64,000 nucleotides of DNA from an uncultured Pelagibacteraceae bacterium (lineage in GTDB: Bacteria; Pseudomonadota; Alphaproteobacteria; Pelagibacterales; Pelagibacteraceae): NCBI GenBank assembly GCA_902574035.1, contig CACGMC010000003.1:42154-106153 (forward strand), in the 5' to 3' direction. Below the pieces are notes generated by a model. It saw only the letters and a program-made list of their open reading frames with translations, searched no databases and was not told the origin of the DNA. Positions 1 to 9,512 of this stretch are shown here, piece by piece (the stretch's first letter is position 1; each line of letters starts with the position of its first letter). Both the position numbers and the translations under genes were made by a program.

Positions 1-96
1 TGTATCAAAGACTAGTTGGTAAGCATAGCTTCCAACTATAATAAAGTGGGCTAAATAAATTGTTAAATAAAATAAATTATTAAATTTATCAATCAT
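1..96 (-). CDS. Partial CDS: first 32 codons of an unidentified hydrophobic protein running off the left edge
   Basis: Hand translation of the minus strand from ATG 96..94 gives MIDKFNNLFYLTIYLAHFIIVGSYAYQLVFDT with no stop before position 1. No family recognised. Confidence 0.25.
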   Translation of the reverse strand, partial: MIDKFNNLFYLTIYLAHFIIVGSYAYQLVFDT

Positions 97-138
97 GATA
101 CTATTTTATAAGAAAAAAAATAATATTTCAAACTAAGT

Positions 139-1410
139 TTAATTAGATTTGTTCATTGAATTAAAAAAATCTGAATTATTTTTTGTATCTTTAATTTTGG
201 ATATAAGAAATTCTATGCCGTCCATTGTGCCCATTGGGCTGATTATTCTTCTTAAAACGTTCATTTTCGTGAGATCGTCTTTTGCAAATAATAGTTCTTC
301 TCTTCTCGTTCCGGATCTTGTTACATCTAGAGCTGGGTAAATTCTTTTATCTGCGACTTTTCTATCAAGAATTAATTCTGAATTCCCTGTCCCTTTGAAT
401 TCCTCAAATATAACCTCATCCATTCTACTTCCAGTGTCTATTAAAGCAGTTGAAATAATTGTGAGAGAACCACCTTGCTCTACATTTCTTGCTGCTCCAA
501 AAAATCTTTTTGGTCTTTGTAAAGCATTAGCATCCACGCCTCCCGTTAAGACTTTACCTGAACTTGGTACCACTGCGTTGTATGCTCTACCTAGTCTTGT
601 TATTGAGTCAAGCAAAATGACCACGTCTTTTTTGTGCTCTACAAGCCTTTTTGCTTTTTCGATTACCATTTCCGCCACTGCTACGTGCCTTGAAGCTGGT
701 TCATCAAATGTAGATGAAACAACCTCGCCTTTAACAGATCTTTGCATATCAGTAACTTCTTCGGGTCTCTCGTCTATTAATAAAACCATTAAATAAATTT
801 CTGGATGATTGGCTGTAATTGATTGAGCAATATTTTGTAAAATTATAGTTTTTCCCGCCCTAGGAGGGGAAACAATGAGAGACCTCTGTCCTTTACCAAT
901 AGGACTTACCAAGTCAATCAGTCTAGCAGTGTTGTCGGGTTTCTTTTCTACCTTAATGCTCTCAACTTCCAATTTAATTCTTTTATTGGGATATAATGGT
1001 GTAAGGTTGTCAAAGGCTATTTTATTCCTGCCTTTTTCCGGCTCATCGAAATTGATTTTATTTACTTTAAGTAAAGCAAAATACCTTTCTGCATCTTTTG
1101 GCGCTCTTACCTCACCCTCTACTGTATCGCCTGTTCTTAATCCAAATCTTCGAATTTGGCTTGGGCTCACATATATATCATCTGGACCTGGTAAATAATT
1201 TGATTCGATCGCTCTTAAAAAACCAAAGCCATCTTGTAAAACTTCGAGTACACCTGAAGCACTTATTTGCTCATTTTTATCCGCCAATTTTTTTAGTATG
1301 GCGAAAAGTATCTCCTGCTTCCTTAGAGTACTAGGGTTCTCAATACCAAGTTTTTCTGCTTGAGATATTAAATCAGCTGGGCTTTGTTTTTTAAGTTCTT
1401 GTAAATTCAT
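139..1410 (-). CDS. rho: Transcription termination factor Rho
   Basis: 423 aa with a Rho N-terminal/RNA-binding region, Walker A PPRAGKT and a RecA-like core. Colinear with Rho over the full length. Confidence 0.97.
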   Translation of the reverse strand: MNLQELKKQSPADLISQAEKLGIENPSTLRKQEILFAILKKLADKNEQISASGVLEVLQDGFGFLRAIESNYLPGPDDIYVSPSQIRRFGLRTGDTVEGEVRAPKDAERYFALLKVNKINFDEPEKGRNKIAFDNLTPLYPNKRIKLEVESIKVEKKPDNTARLIDLVSPIGKGQRSLIVSPPRAGKTIILQNIAQSITANHPEIYLMVLLIDERPEEVTDMQRSVKGEVVSSTFDEPASRHVAVAEMVIEKAKRLVEHKKDVVILLDSITRLGRAYNAVVPSSGKVLTGGVDANALQRPKRFFGAARNVEQGGSLTIISTALIDTGSRMDEVIFEEFKGTGNSELILDRKVADKRIYPALDVTRSGTRREELLFAKDDLTKMNVLRRIISPMGTMDGIEFLISKIKDTKNNSDFFNSMNKSN

Positions 1411-1472
1411 TTGAATGATTAGTTTTGAGGTAAGTGAGTTAAATATAGGTCTTTTTGATAAAATTTCAAGTA

Positions 1473-1907
1473 CTATAATGGTTTAAAAATAACAACAAAA
1501 ATGATGATAATAAGCAGTAATGTGGGCACCTCGTTGATAATTCTAAAAAATTTTGAGCTTTTTGTATTGTTGTCAATCTGAAAGTCTTTGAGAACAGCAA
1601 GTAAGTAGAAATGATAACTGGTAAGAATTATAACTAGTCCAATCTTAATTTTCATCCATAATAAACCCAAACTTAAAATGCCTTGAGAGTGGATAAGGAG
1701 CAAACCGAAAACCCAAGACAAAATCATTGCTGGATTCATTATGTAAAAGTATAATCTTTTCTCCATTAGCTTAAACGTTTCTGACTGTGCCCTATTTTCA
1801 ATTGTCTCTGCATGATAAACAAATATTCTAGGCAGATAAAGCAAACCAGCCATCCAGGAAATGACGGCTATGAGATGAAGAGCTTTAAATGTTAAATATG
1901 CGTTCAT
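1473..1907 (-). CDS. hemJ: HemJ-type protoporphyrinogen IX oxidase (UPF0093 membrane protein)
   Basis: 144 aa, 4 TM. N-terminus [26 protein letters not shown] is typical of HemJ. Lies directly upstream of hemH and hemE. Confidence 0.8.
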   Translation of the reverse strand: MNAYLTFKALHLIAVISWMAGLLYLPRIFVYHAETIENRAQSETFKLMEKRLYFYIMNPAMILSWVFGLLLIHSQGILSLGLLWMKIKIGLVIILTSYHFYLLAVLKDFQIDNNTKSSKFFRIINEVPTLLLIIIIFVVIFKPL

Positions 1908-2900
1908 TTATAAAACTTTTTTTGTTAACTTTTCTAGAAGATTAATATGATCATCACTGTCGTTAAGACAGGGAACAACATCAAAGTTCTTTCCTCCAGA
2001 TTGTAAAAAGCTTTCTCTCCCTTGTATAGATATTTCTTCAAGTGTTTCAACACAATCAGAAGAAAATCCAGGACAAATTACTAGGACATTTTTTTTTCCT
2101 TCTTTTGGTAAATTTTCTAAAGTTTTATCTGTATATGGCTTCAGCCAAGCTTCAGGTCCAAATCGAGATTGAAAAGTAGTTAATATATTAACACTTTGAA
2201 ATTGTTCTGAGAGCAATCTTGATGTTTTGTGACAATAGCAATGATATGGATCTCCTTTATCAAAATATTTTTGTGGTATCCCATGGTATGAAGCTACTAC
2301 TATATCTGGTTTCCAACTCAGCTTGGTTATTCTTGAGTTCAAACTGTTTGAAAGGGCTTTTATATAAAGTGGGTCCGACTCATAATGGGGTATTATTTGT
2401 AAGCTAGGTTGCCACCTCATACCCATCAAAACTCTGTAAACTTCATCGCAGACTGTTGCCGTAGTCGCTGCTGCATACTGAGGGTATAAGGGTAAAATGA
2501 CAAGCCTTTCGCAACCAGCATGATGTAGTTTTAAAATTTTACTTTTTATGCTCGGATTTCCATAGCGCATAGCATAATCAACGATCAGATCTTTATTGCT
2601 AATCCTGTCTAATAATTTTTTTGTTTGCATGATTGTATAATATCTTAATGGAGACATGTCCTCTTTTTCCATCCATATTTCTTTATAGGCTTTTGCAGTT
2701 TTAGACGGCCTCAAATTTAAAATAATTAAATTAAGAATTATTTGCCAAAGGAATGGGTTTACCTCGATTACTCTTCTATCAGACAAAAACTCTTTTAAAT
2801 ATTTTCTAATATCCAACCAACTAGTTGAGTCGGGTGTTCCTAAATTAACAAGTAGAACTCCAGTCTTTCCGAATTTAACTATTGGGTGATCTTTGTTCAT
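1908..2900 (-). CDS. hemH: Ferrochelatase
   Basis: 330 aa with the GVLLVNLGTPDS N-terminal motif and ferrochelatase-like sequence throughout. Confidence 0.95.
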   Translation of the reverse strand: MNKDHPIVKFGKTGVLLVNLGTPDSTSWLDIRKYLKEFLSDRRVIEVNPFLWQIILNLIILNLRPSKTAKAYKEIWMEKEDMSPLRYYTIMQTKKLLDRISNKDLIVDYAMRYGNPSIKSKILKLHHAGCERLVILPLYPQYAAATTATVCDEVYRVLMGMRWQPSLQIIPHYESDPLYIKALSNSLNSRITKLSWKPDIVVASYHGIPQKYFDKGDPYHCYCHKTSRLLSEQFQSVNILTTFQSRFGPEAWLKPYTDKTLENLPKEGKKNVLVICPGFSSDCVETLEEISIQGRESFLQSGGKNFDVVPCLNDSDDHINLLEKLTKKVL

Positions 2901-3907
2901 CTTTTTATTAAATTCACTTTGTCTACAATTTTTTTTATAATCTCAGGATTTGTGTTGGGGAGAATACCATGGCCAAGATTGAATATGTAGGGATTATTCT
3001 TAAAAGTTTCTAAGTATTTTTCGGTCTCTTCTAAAGCTTTTTTTTCGTTCTCTAAAAGAATTTGAGGATTCATGCCTCCTTGAATACAAACGGTGCCTAA
3101 TTCTTTTTTTGCCCATTTAGGATCGATGTTTTGGTCTATGTTAATAGCGGTTGGATTTACTTTTTCTATAAATTTTTTGTACTTGTCTTTCAATCCTTTT
3201 GGAAAACATATTGAAGGTATCTTCTGATCTCTACAAAAATCAACCAGGCTTTTATTGGGTATAAAACAGTACTCCTCTAAGCAATCTTCTTCGATGAGAC
3301 CGGCCCAAGAGTCAAATATTTGTACTATTTCTGCACCGGCTTTTTTTTGATGTAGAATGTGTAGTTTTAAAAATTCATCAAGTTTTTTAAAGATTAATTT
3401 AATTTCTTCTTTATTTTTAATAGTTATTTTCCCACTGATTTTGTTCTGACTCTTTAGATTGTATAAATAAATTATTAAAGTCCATGGTGCGCCAATAAAA
3501 GCTATCAATGATTTTTCTTTTTTTAATAGATTTTTAGTATTCTTAATTGTATCATACACTGGCTTTAAAGTAGTTAAAAAATCTTTTTCTTTTGTTTCTA
3601 AAAACTTACCTATATTAAAATTTAAGCTTCTTGGTCCTTCTTTGTTCGCAAATTCTATTTGCTGACCCAGTGCATGCGGAATTACTAATATGTCTGAAAA
3701 AACAATTGCTGCATCTAAATTAAACCTTTGCATAGGTTGCAGTGTTATTTCCGTAGCTAAACTACTATTAAAACATAGTTTTAGAAAATTAGGATTTTGA
3801 AGTCTTATGTGTCTAAATTCTGGGAGGTATCTACCCGCTTGTCTCATAAACCACACTGGTACACAAGAGAAATCTTTATTATTTAAACAATTTAACAATT
3901 TACTCAT
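2897..3907 (-). CDS. hemE: Uroporphyrinogen decarboxylase
   Basis: 336 aa with the signature PVWFMRQAGRYLPEF. Overlaps the hemH start by 4 nt. Confidence 0.95.
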   Translation of the reverse strand: MSKLLNCLNNKDFSCVPVWFMRQAGRYLPEFRHIRLQNPNFLKLCFNSSLATEITLQPMQRFNLDAAIVFSDILVIPHALGQQIEFANKEGPRSLNFNIGKFLETKEKDFLTTLKPVYDTIKNTKNLLKKEKSLIAFIGAPWTLIIYLYNLKSQNKISGKITIKNKEEIKLIFKKLDEFLKLHILHQKKAGAEIVQIFDSWAGLIEEDCLEEYCFIPNKSLVDFCRDQKIPSICFPKGLKDKYKKFIEKVNPTAINIDQNIDPKWAKKELGTVCIQGGMNPQILLENEKKALEETEKYLETFKNNPYIFNLGHGILPNTNPEIIKKIVDKVNLIKR

Positions 3908-4190
3908 AAAGTAAATAATATATTAATAAGAATAGTTATTGTAATAGGTCATGTTAGTATCGACTATATTTAATTATATCTAGTTTTGAACATTTTATAC
4001 CCACTATCTTGCTGAAATCAGCCCTATTTTGAATTATTGAATAAATTATGCTCACATTTTATACTTTACGTGTATAAAACAATTCACATCGAATAAAATG
4101 TACTTAATATGTTAATTAGTGTGAGTAAATTTTTTTTATTTCTTAATTTAGAGTATAGAATAAGGTTATCCGATTATTATTAACAGAATT
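3908..4190. other. Candidate chromosomal replication origin (oriC) in the hemE / duf299 intergenic region
   Basis: Longest non-coding stretch in the window (283 nt), AT-rich and flanked by divergent genes. Same position as Cori of Caulobacter and Rickettsia (hemE | duf299-maf-aroE-coaE-dnaQ). Contains an 11-nt direct repeat ACATTTTATAC at 3990..4000 and 4054..4064. Contains an inverted repeat TTTTATAC/GTATAAAA at 4057..4079. Only degenerate DnaA-box-like 9-mers are present. Confidence 0.45.
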
Positions 4191-5012
4191 ATGAACGAAA
4201 AATACAATGTATATCTCGTTTCTGACTCAACAGGTGAAACCCTGGACAGAATATTTTTATCCTTACAATCACAATTTAAGAACTTCAAATACGAGAAAAA
4301 AGAGTTTTTCTTTGTAAGAACAGAACAACAGGTAGACAAAATAATAAATGTTGGATTAAAAGGAGACAATCCGATCATATTGTACACTATAGTTGAAACT
4401 AAACTCGCAAAATATTTATCAAAGAAAAGCGAGCAAGCAAGCATTCCTTGTTTTGGTGTTCTTGGAAGTTTGATTTTAGCGTTTTCAAAGTTACTCAATC
4501 AGAAAGCTATTCATAAACCAAGCGCTCAGCATGTATTGGATGAGGAATATTATAAAAGAATCGAGGCTATACAGTTCACAATGTCCCATGATGATGGAAA
4601 GAAAACAGAAGATCTATCAAAATCAGATGTTATCTTGCTAGGCGTTAGCAGAACAAGCAAAACACCAACCTCAATTTATCTTGCTAATAGGGGGTTCAAA
4701 ACCACAAACATTCCCCTTGTTCCAAACCAGGAAATACCAAATGACTTAAAAAATAAAGATTTTAAATCATGCGTAATAGGATTGTTTGCTGATCCAGAGA
4801 GATTATCGGATATAAGACGAAACCGGGTAGCATTAATGCAAGAAAACAGTTCTTCTAATTATACTGACATAAAGTCTATAAAACAGGAAGTAGAGGAGTC
4901 AAAGAGTTTATTTCGAAAATATAACTGGCCAACAATTGATGTTACTAGAAAATCTGTCGAAGAAACAGCTGCTTCAATAATTAAAATAATTGAAATTAAA
5001 AAAAATAAATGA
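4191..5012 (+). CDS. Pyruvate,phosphate dikinase / PEP synthase regulatory protein (DUF299 bifunctional kinase-pyrophosphorylase)
   Basis: 273 aa with N-terminal LVSDSTGETL and P-loop GVSRTSKTPTS, both typical of the DUF299/PDRP family. Confidence 0.9.
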   Translation: MNEKYNVYLVSDSTGETLDRIFLSLQSQFKNFKYEKKEFFFVRTEQQVDKIINVGLKGDNPIILYTIVETKLAKYLSKKSEQASIPCFGVLGSLILAFSKLLNQKAIHKPSAQHVLDEEYYKRIEAIQFTMSHDDGKKTEDLSKSDVILLGVSRTSKTPTSIYLANRGFKTTNIPLVPNQEIPNDLKNKDFKSCVIGLFADPERLSDIRRNRVALMQENSSSNYTDIKSIKQEVEESKSLFRKYNWPTIDVTRKSVEETAASIIKIIEIKKNK

Positions 5013-5593
5013 AAATAGTTTTAGCCTCAAAAAGCGGTGTAAGAAAAGATATACTTGATAAGCATGGAGTTAAGGCAAATGTTTCACCATCTAATGTGGA
5101 TGAAGATCAAGTTAAAGAGTCGCTTCTAGAAAAAGGAGCTGATCCCGAGATCATCTCTAAAAACTTGGCAGAATTAAAATCAATTAAAGTGAGCGCGAAA
5201 TTTCCTGATCGACTTGTTCTTGGAGCAGACAGTGTAATATCGCTTGAAAAAAAATTAATTAATAAGCCTAATTCGAGAGATGAGGCTTTCAAAATTTTAA
5301 AGCTACTTAACGGAAAAAAACATTATTTAATTAGTTCTGTTTGTATTTCTAAAAATGCCTCAATGATTTGGAATTATACAGATAAGTCCGAGCTTAAAAT
5401 GAAAAAAATGTCTGATAATGAGTTAAAATCATATCTTAATGAAATTAAAACAGAAACATTATTAGCCTATGGAGTTTATCAGGTTGAGGCTGGAGGCTTA
5501 AATTTATTTGAGTATATTAAGGGAAATAAAGATTCTATTATGGGATTACCAATAAAGCAAATAAAGGAATACATAGGTAATTATAAAGTATGA
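5009..5593 (+). CDS. maf: Maf-like nucleoside triphosphate pyrophosphatase
   Basis: 194 aa with Maf family features (ILASKS start, GADSV, MGLP). 4-nt overlap with the upstream gene. Confidence 0.9.
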   Translation: MKIVLASKSGVRKDILDKHGVKANVSPSNVDEDQVKESLLEKGADPEIISKNLAELKSIKVSAKFPDRLVLGADSVISLEKKLINKPNSRDEAFKILKLLNGKKHYLISSVCISKNASMIWNYTDKSELKMKKMSDNELKSYLNEIKTETLLAYGVYQVEAGGLNLFEYIKGNKDSIMGLPIKQIKEYIGNYKV

Positions 5594-6420
5594 AAAAAAC
5601 AAAATTTGTAATTATCGGAAATCCAATATCTCATTCTTTATCGCCCATTATGCATAACTATTGGTTTAACAAGTACAAGATTGATGCAAAATACGAATTA
5701 TTAGAGACCAACGAAGATGAAATCCAAAAAGTTGTTAATAAAATTAAAGATAAAGAAATCAAAGGAGCAAATGTTACTTTACCCTACAAAAGGTCAATCA
5801 TACCTTTTCTTAACAAAATTATTAATGATGCCAATGAAACTCATTCAGTAAATACTATTATGTTAGATGAGAACGATAACTTAGTAGGAGAAAATACTGA
5901 TGTTTTTGGTTTTCAAGCCGCCTATTTAAAATCGATACCCAATCAAGAAAAAAAAAATAAAAAAGCTTTAATTTTAGGAGCAGGAGGTGTCGCTCCCTCA
6001 ATAATACTTGCTTTAATTAAATCTAACATTTTGGACATATCTATAACTAACAGGACTCATGAAAAATCATTATTTCTTAAAAAGAATTTTAAAATATTGA
6101 AAACAATAAATTGGAATGATTTTTCAAAAGATCTTAGTAAATTTGATATTATAATAAATGCAACCAGTTTAGGCTTAAAAGCCAATGATGAATTTAAAAA
6201 TGACTTTAGTAATTTTAAAAAAGATATGGTTTATATTGATACAATTTATAACCCAGCAGAAACTAAATTATTAAAGTATTTTAAATCTAACAAGATAAGA
6301 TCCTTTAATGGATTAAATATGTTTATCTATCAAGGACAAAAAGCTTTTTATTTATGGAACAAAATTAATCCCGAAGTAGATGATGAATTACTGAAACTTT
6401 TGGAGACTAAAATTAATTAA
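5590..6420 (+). CDS. aroE: Shikimate dehydrogenase
   Basis: 276 aa with NPISHSLSP/MHN substrate motifs and the GAGG NADP-binding loop. Confidence 0.92.
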   Translation: MKKTKFVIIGNPISHSLSPIMHNYWFNKYKIDAKYELLETNEDEIQKVVNKIKDKEIKGANVTLPYKRSIIPFLNKIINDANETHSVNTIMLDENDNLVGENTDVFGFQAAYLKSIPNQEKKNKKALILGAGGVAPSIILALIKSNILDISITNRTHEKSLFLKKNFKILKTINWNDFSKDLSKFDIIINATSLGLKANDEFKNDFSNFKKDMVYIDTIYNPAETKLLKYFKSNKIRSFNGLNMFIYQGQKAFYLWNKINPEVDDELLKLLETKIN

Positions 6421-6971
6421 TGAAAATAGGTATTACAGGATCACTGTCCTCAGGAAAATCCACCGTCGCAAAAATTTTATCAAAAAATAATAAATTAATG
6501 TTTAGTGCGGACAAAGCGGTTATAAATTTGTACTCAAATAATAAATTTAAAAAAAAAATAAAAAAGAGATTCAAAATTAAAAAAAATAATATTAAAAGTG
6601 AGATTAAATCTAAGTTGTTAAATAAAGAAATATCTCTTAAAGAATTAGGATTAGTAGTTCATCCTTTTGTAAGAAAAAAAATGAGAGAATTTTATAAAAA
6701 GAACAGTAAAAAAGAAATTATTTTTTTTGAAATTCCATTACTTATAGAAAGTAAATTAATGAATTTTTTTGACTTTATTATTTTAGTGGCAGCCCCTAAA
6801 AAAAACAGGCTCAGACGATACTTGAAAAATGGGGGAAAAAAAAATATGTTCCGGCTTTTAGACAGTAATCAAATGCCTATTCAAAAAAAAATGAAATTTT
6901 GTGATTATTTAATTGTTAATAATAAATCAAAAAATATTTTAAAAAAAAAAGTAAATGATATAATCAAATAA
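6420..6971 (+). CDS. coaE: Dephospho-CoA kinase
   Basis: 183 aa with P-loop IGITGSLSSGKST. Conserved position between aroE and dnaQ. Carries a Lys-rich insert. Confidence 0.85.
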   Translation: MKIGITGSLSSGKSTVAKILSKNNKLMFSADKAVINLYSNNKFKKKIKKRFKIKKNNIKSEIKSKLLNKEISLKELGLVVHPFVRKKMREFYKKNSKKEIIFFEIPLLIESKLMNFFDFIILVAAPKKNRLRRYLKNGGKKNMFRLLDSNQMPIQKKMKFCDYLIVNNKSKNILKKKVNDIIK

Positions 6972-7633
6972 TGTCTGAAATCTTTTTAGATATTGAAACC
7001 ACAGGATTAAACTTTAAAGATAATCACAAAATAGTGGAGATCGCTTGTATTGAAACCAATGAACTTATTCCAACTAAAAGAATTTTTCATAAAATAATTA
7101 ATCCAGAGCGAAACGTTCCTGATGAAGCATTTAGGGTTCATGGATACTCATCGGACTTTCTAAAAGACAAACCTAAGTTTCGAGAGATAGCTGATGAACT
7201 TTTAAATTTTATTGGTGAAAATGATCTAGTAATACATAACGCAAAATTTGATATACCATTTTTAAACCATGAACTTAATTTAATTAAAAAAAATATTATT
7301 TCAAAGAATAAAATAATAGACACTTTAGAATTATCTAGAAGTAAATATCCCGGCTCATCAAATTCTTTAGATGCTTTATGTAAAAGATTTAATGTGGATT
7401 TGTCCAAAAGAACAAAACATAATGCCATTTTAGATTGTGAGCTATTAAGAGAGGTTTATATTCATCTTTTAGATGCTAAGGAGCCAAAATTGTCCTTTAG
7501 TACAAAAGTTGAAAAAGAAAATAACCATAGAAAAATTGTAAATTATTCAAAAAAAATAGTTATGCCTACTGAAGACGAATTAAAAAGCCACAATCTCTTT
7601 TTAAAAACAGAACTTAAAAAGAATTACTTTTAA
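6971..7633 (+). CDS. dnaQ: DNA polymerase III epsilon subunit (3'-5' exonuclease)
   Basis: 220 aa with ExoI LDIETTG, ExoII HNAKFD and ExoIII HNAILDCELL motifs. Confidence 0.93.
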   Translation: MSEIFLDIETTGLNFKDNHKIVEIACIETNELIPTKRIFHKIINPERNVPDEAFRVHGYSSDFLKDKPKFREIADELLNFIGENDLVIHNAKFDIPFLNHELNLIKKNIISKNKIIDTLELSRSKYPGSSNSLDALCKRFNVDLSKRTKHNAILDCELLREVYIHLLDAKEPKLSFSTKVEKENNHRKIVNYSKKIVMPTEDELKSHNLFLKTELKKNYF

Positions 7634-8061
7634 TTTTTTCTAGATAAGTAAAGTTTTTTAAAATCAACATTTGGGTCAATTTTTATTTCTCTGAAACCTG
7701 AGTTTTCAAAAATAAAAACAAATACCTTTCTTAGCTCAGGGTAAATTTTATTAGGTATTTCTACTAATATAATTTCCTCCAATTTTTTTTTATCAGTAAA
7801 GTTTTTATCTAATTCGATAAGCGTGGAATAAGTTACTGTTGCATCTATTTTATCTAAATTATCATCCTTAGGTTCTAAACCAAGTGTAGTTTGTATTTCT
7901 ATAATGTTATCCTTAAACCTATTACTTTTAATATCTATCTTAAATTTATAGTTTGAAATATCCTTAGTAAGAGAAAAAAATTTATTTGGTTTAGAAATTT
8001 CAAAGTTTAATGTTTTTATGTACTTAGCTATAATTTTATAACTCATCTTTTTTTTCGTCAA
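7630..8061 (-). CDS. secB: Protein-export chaperone SecB
   Basis: 143 aa, SecB-like throughout (YIKTLNFE ..., LVEIPNKIYPELRKVF ...). The start could be the second Met at 8046. Confidence 0.85.
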   Translation of the reverse strand: MTKKKMSYKIIAKYIKTLNFEISKPNKFFSLTKDISNYKFKIDIKSNRFKDNIIEIQTTLGLEPKDDNLDKIDATVTYSTLIELDKNFTDKKKLEEIILVEIPNKIYPELRKVFVFIFENSGFREIKIDPNVDFKKLYLSRKN

Positions 8062-8449
8062 TTATCTCAGCTTCAATAATGTTATCTTCTTTTGTATGTT
8101 CTTTATTTTTCCTCATTATTGGTGATAGTAATAGTTTTCTAGTAAATGGCAGAAGCAATAAGAAACCAAAGGCATCAGTGAAAAACCCTGGAATAATTAG
8201 AAACATAGCTGCAATCGCTATTGAAGCTCCAGACAATATTTCATAAATTGGTAATTTGTTTTGATAAATGTTTATGAATCCAGATTTTATAGTTTTGATC
8301 CCTTGAACTCTTGCACAGTATAATCCGATAACTGCAGTAAAAATTATAAGCAAAATGGTATTAATTGCCCCAATATTCTCGCCGATTTTAATAAAAAGCA
8401 ATATTTCTATGATCGGTATTGCTATAATTGATATTAGTATTGTGTTCAT
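8036..8449 (-). CDS. fxsA: FxsA family inner-membrane protein
   Basis: The ORF reaches 8494, but MNTILISIIAIPIIEILLFIKIGENIG... from Met 8449 aligns with the FxsA N-terminus. Trimmed accordingly. Confidence 0.8.
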   Translation of the reverse strand: MNTILISIIAIPIIEILLFIKIGENIGAINTILLIIFTAVIGLYCARVQGIKTIKSGFINIYQNKLPIYEILSGASIAIAAMFLIIPGFFTDAFGFLLLLPFTRKLLLSPIMRKNKEHTKEDNIIEAEIIDEKKDEL

Positions 8450-8493
8450 TTGTCTGATACAAAAATATATTAATAATGTATATTTAGCAAACA

Positions 8494-9102
8494 ATGAGTA
8501 GCAATTTTGGATATATAGATATCATTTTACTAGCCATGATAGCTGGTTTCATAATCTTGAGATTAAGAAGCATCTTAGGAAGAAAAACTGGTCATGAGGA
8601 CAAAATTTATCCAAGATTTTCAGAAGAAAAATTCGAAGAATTTCGGAATCAACAAGATATAAAATTTAAAAAGAAAATTTCAAATGAGTTAAAAGGTGAA
8701 GAAAAAGAAAAATTTATTAAAGGTGCTGAAATAGCTTATGAAACAATAATCACATCTTTTGCTAAAGGTGATAAAAAAAGTTTAAAGGATCTCTTAACAC
8801 CAAGAATGGCCACTAATTTTAACCAAGCTATTTCTGATAGGGAAGACAAAGGTTTTAAATCCGAATTAACATTTATAGGTATGAAAGAGTCCAACCTTGA
8901 AAAGTTTGAAAAGGCTCAAGGTAATATTTTTGCTACGGTTAAGTTTGTATCTGACATAATTTCAGTCAAAAAGGACAAAAATAATAATGTTCTAGAAGGA
9001 AACCCAGACCGAATTAAAACCGTAACAGATCATTGGAAATTTTCTAAGAAAGAGACTAGTAATAGTCCAAATTGGTACTTAGCTGAAATTTTACCTAAGT
9101 GA
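8494..9102 (+). CDS. Tim44-like domain membrane protein
   Basis: 202 aa with an N-terminal TM helix and a C-terminal Tim44-like domain (TVTDHWKFSK...NWYLAEI). Typical alphaproteobacterial neighbour of secB and fxsA. Confidence 0.8.
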   Translation: MSSNFGYIDIILLAMIAGFIILRLRSILGRKTGHEDKIYPRFSEEKFEEFRNQQDIKFKKKISNELKGEEKEKFIKGAEIAYETIITSFAKGDKKSLKDLLTPRMATNFNQAISDREDKGFKSELTFIGMKESNLEKFEKAQGNIFATVKFVSDIISVKKDKNNNVLEGNPDRIKTVTDHWKFSKKETSNSPNWYLAEILPK

Positions 9103-9512
9103 AAAAAAAGGATTCTCTCACAAAAAAAGACAAACAAGATTGGAAAAACTTTTTAGAGGATACTTCTCGAGTTCTAGACAAAGATCAAAATTATCAAATT
9201 AAGAGTTCAAATAGAAGATTTAGGTTTGATTTACATGGACTAACTTTAGACGAGGCTAACGAAAAAGTTAGAGAAATTGTAAAATCTTGCAGTGAAAAAA
9301 ATTTTAGAGAAATACTATTAATTACTGGCAAAGGAATACATTCAAATCAAGAAAACGTTTATAGGTCTTCTGACTTTAGTAAACTAAAATTTTCCGTTCC
9401 CGAATTTATCAATTCTGATAGCGAGATTTCAAAGTTGATTTTATCAATCGATAATCCTTCGCAAAAAGAAGGCGGAGAAGGTGCTCTGCTAATTAAATTA
9501 AGAAAGTTATAG
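9099..9512 (+). CDS. Smr domain protein
   Basis: 137 aa with the Smr motifs [10 protein letters not shown] and LLITGKG. Confidence 0.85.
   Translation: MKKKDSLTKKDKQDWKNFLEDTSRVLDKDQNYQIKSSNRRFRFDLHGLTLDEANEKVREIVKSCSEKNFREILLITGKGIHSNQENVYRSSDFSKLKFSVPEFINSDSEISKLILSIDNPSQKEGGEGALLIKLRKL

Noticed and set aside
149-1334. Plus-strand ORFs of 63-133 aa (149..340, 395..796, 875..1198, 1098..1334) overlapping rho
   Set aside because: They are antisense shadow ORFs inside a full-length, well-conserved rho gene. They have low-complexity Ser/Leu/Phe-rich translations and no family resemblance.
3908-4190. CtrA boxes (TTAA-N7-TTAA) and GANTC methylation sites in the candidate origin
   Set aside because: TTAA occurs six times but never with 7-nt spacing (the closest pair is 4104/4112). 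No GANTC is present. I therefore make no claim of Caulobacter-style CtrA/CcrM control.
4166-4498. 110-aa minus-strand ORF overlapping the start of the duf299/PDRP gene
   Set aside because: It lies antisense to a confidently identified gene, and its hydrophobic low-complexity translation is typical of AT-rich shadow frames. Its 5' end would also lie inside the PDRP coding region.
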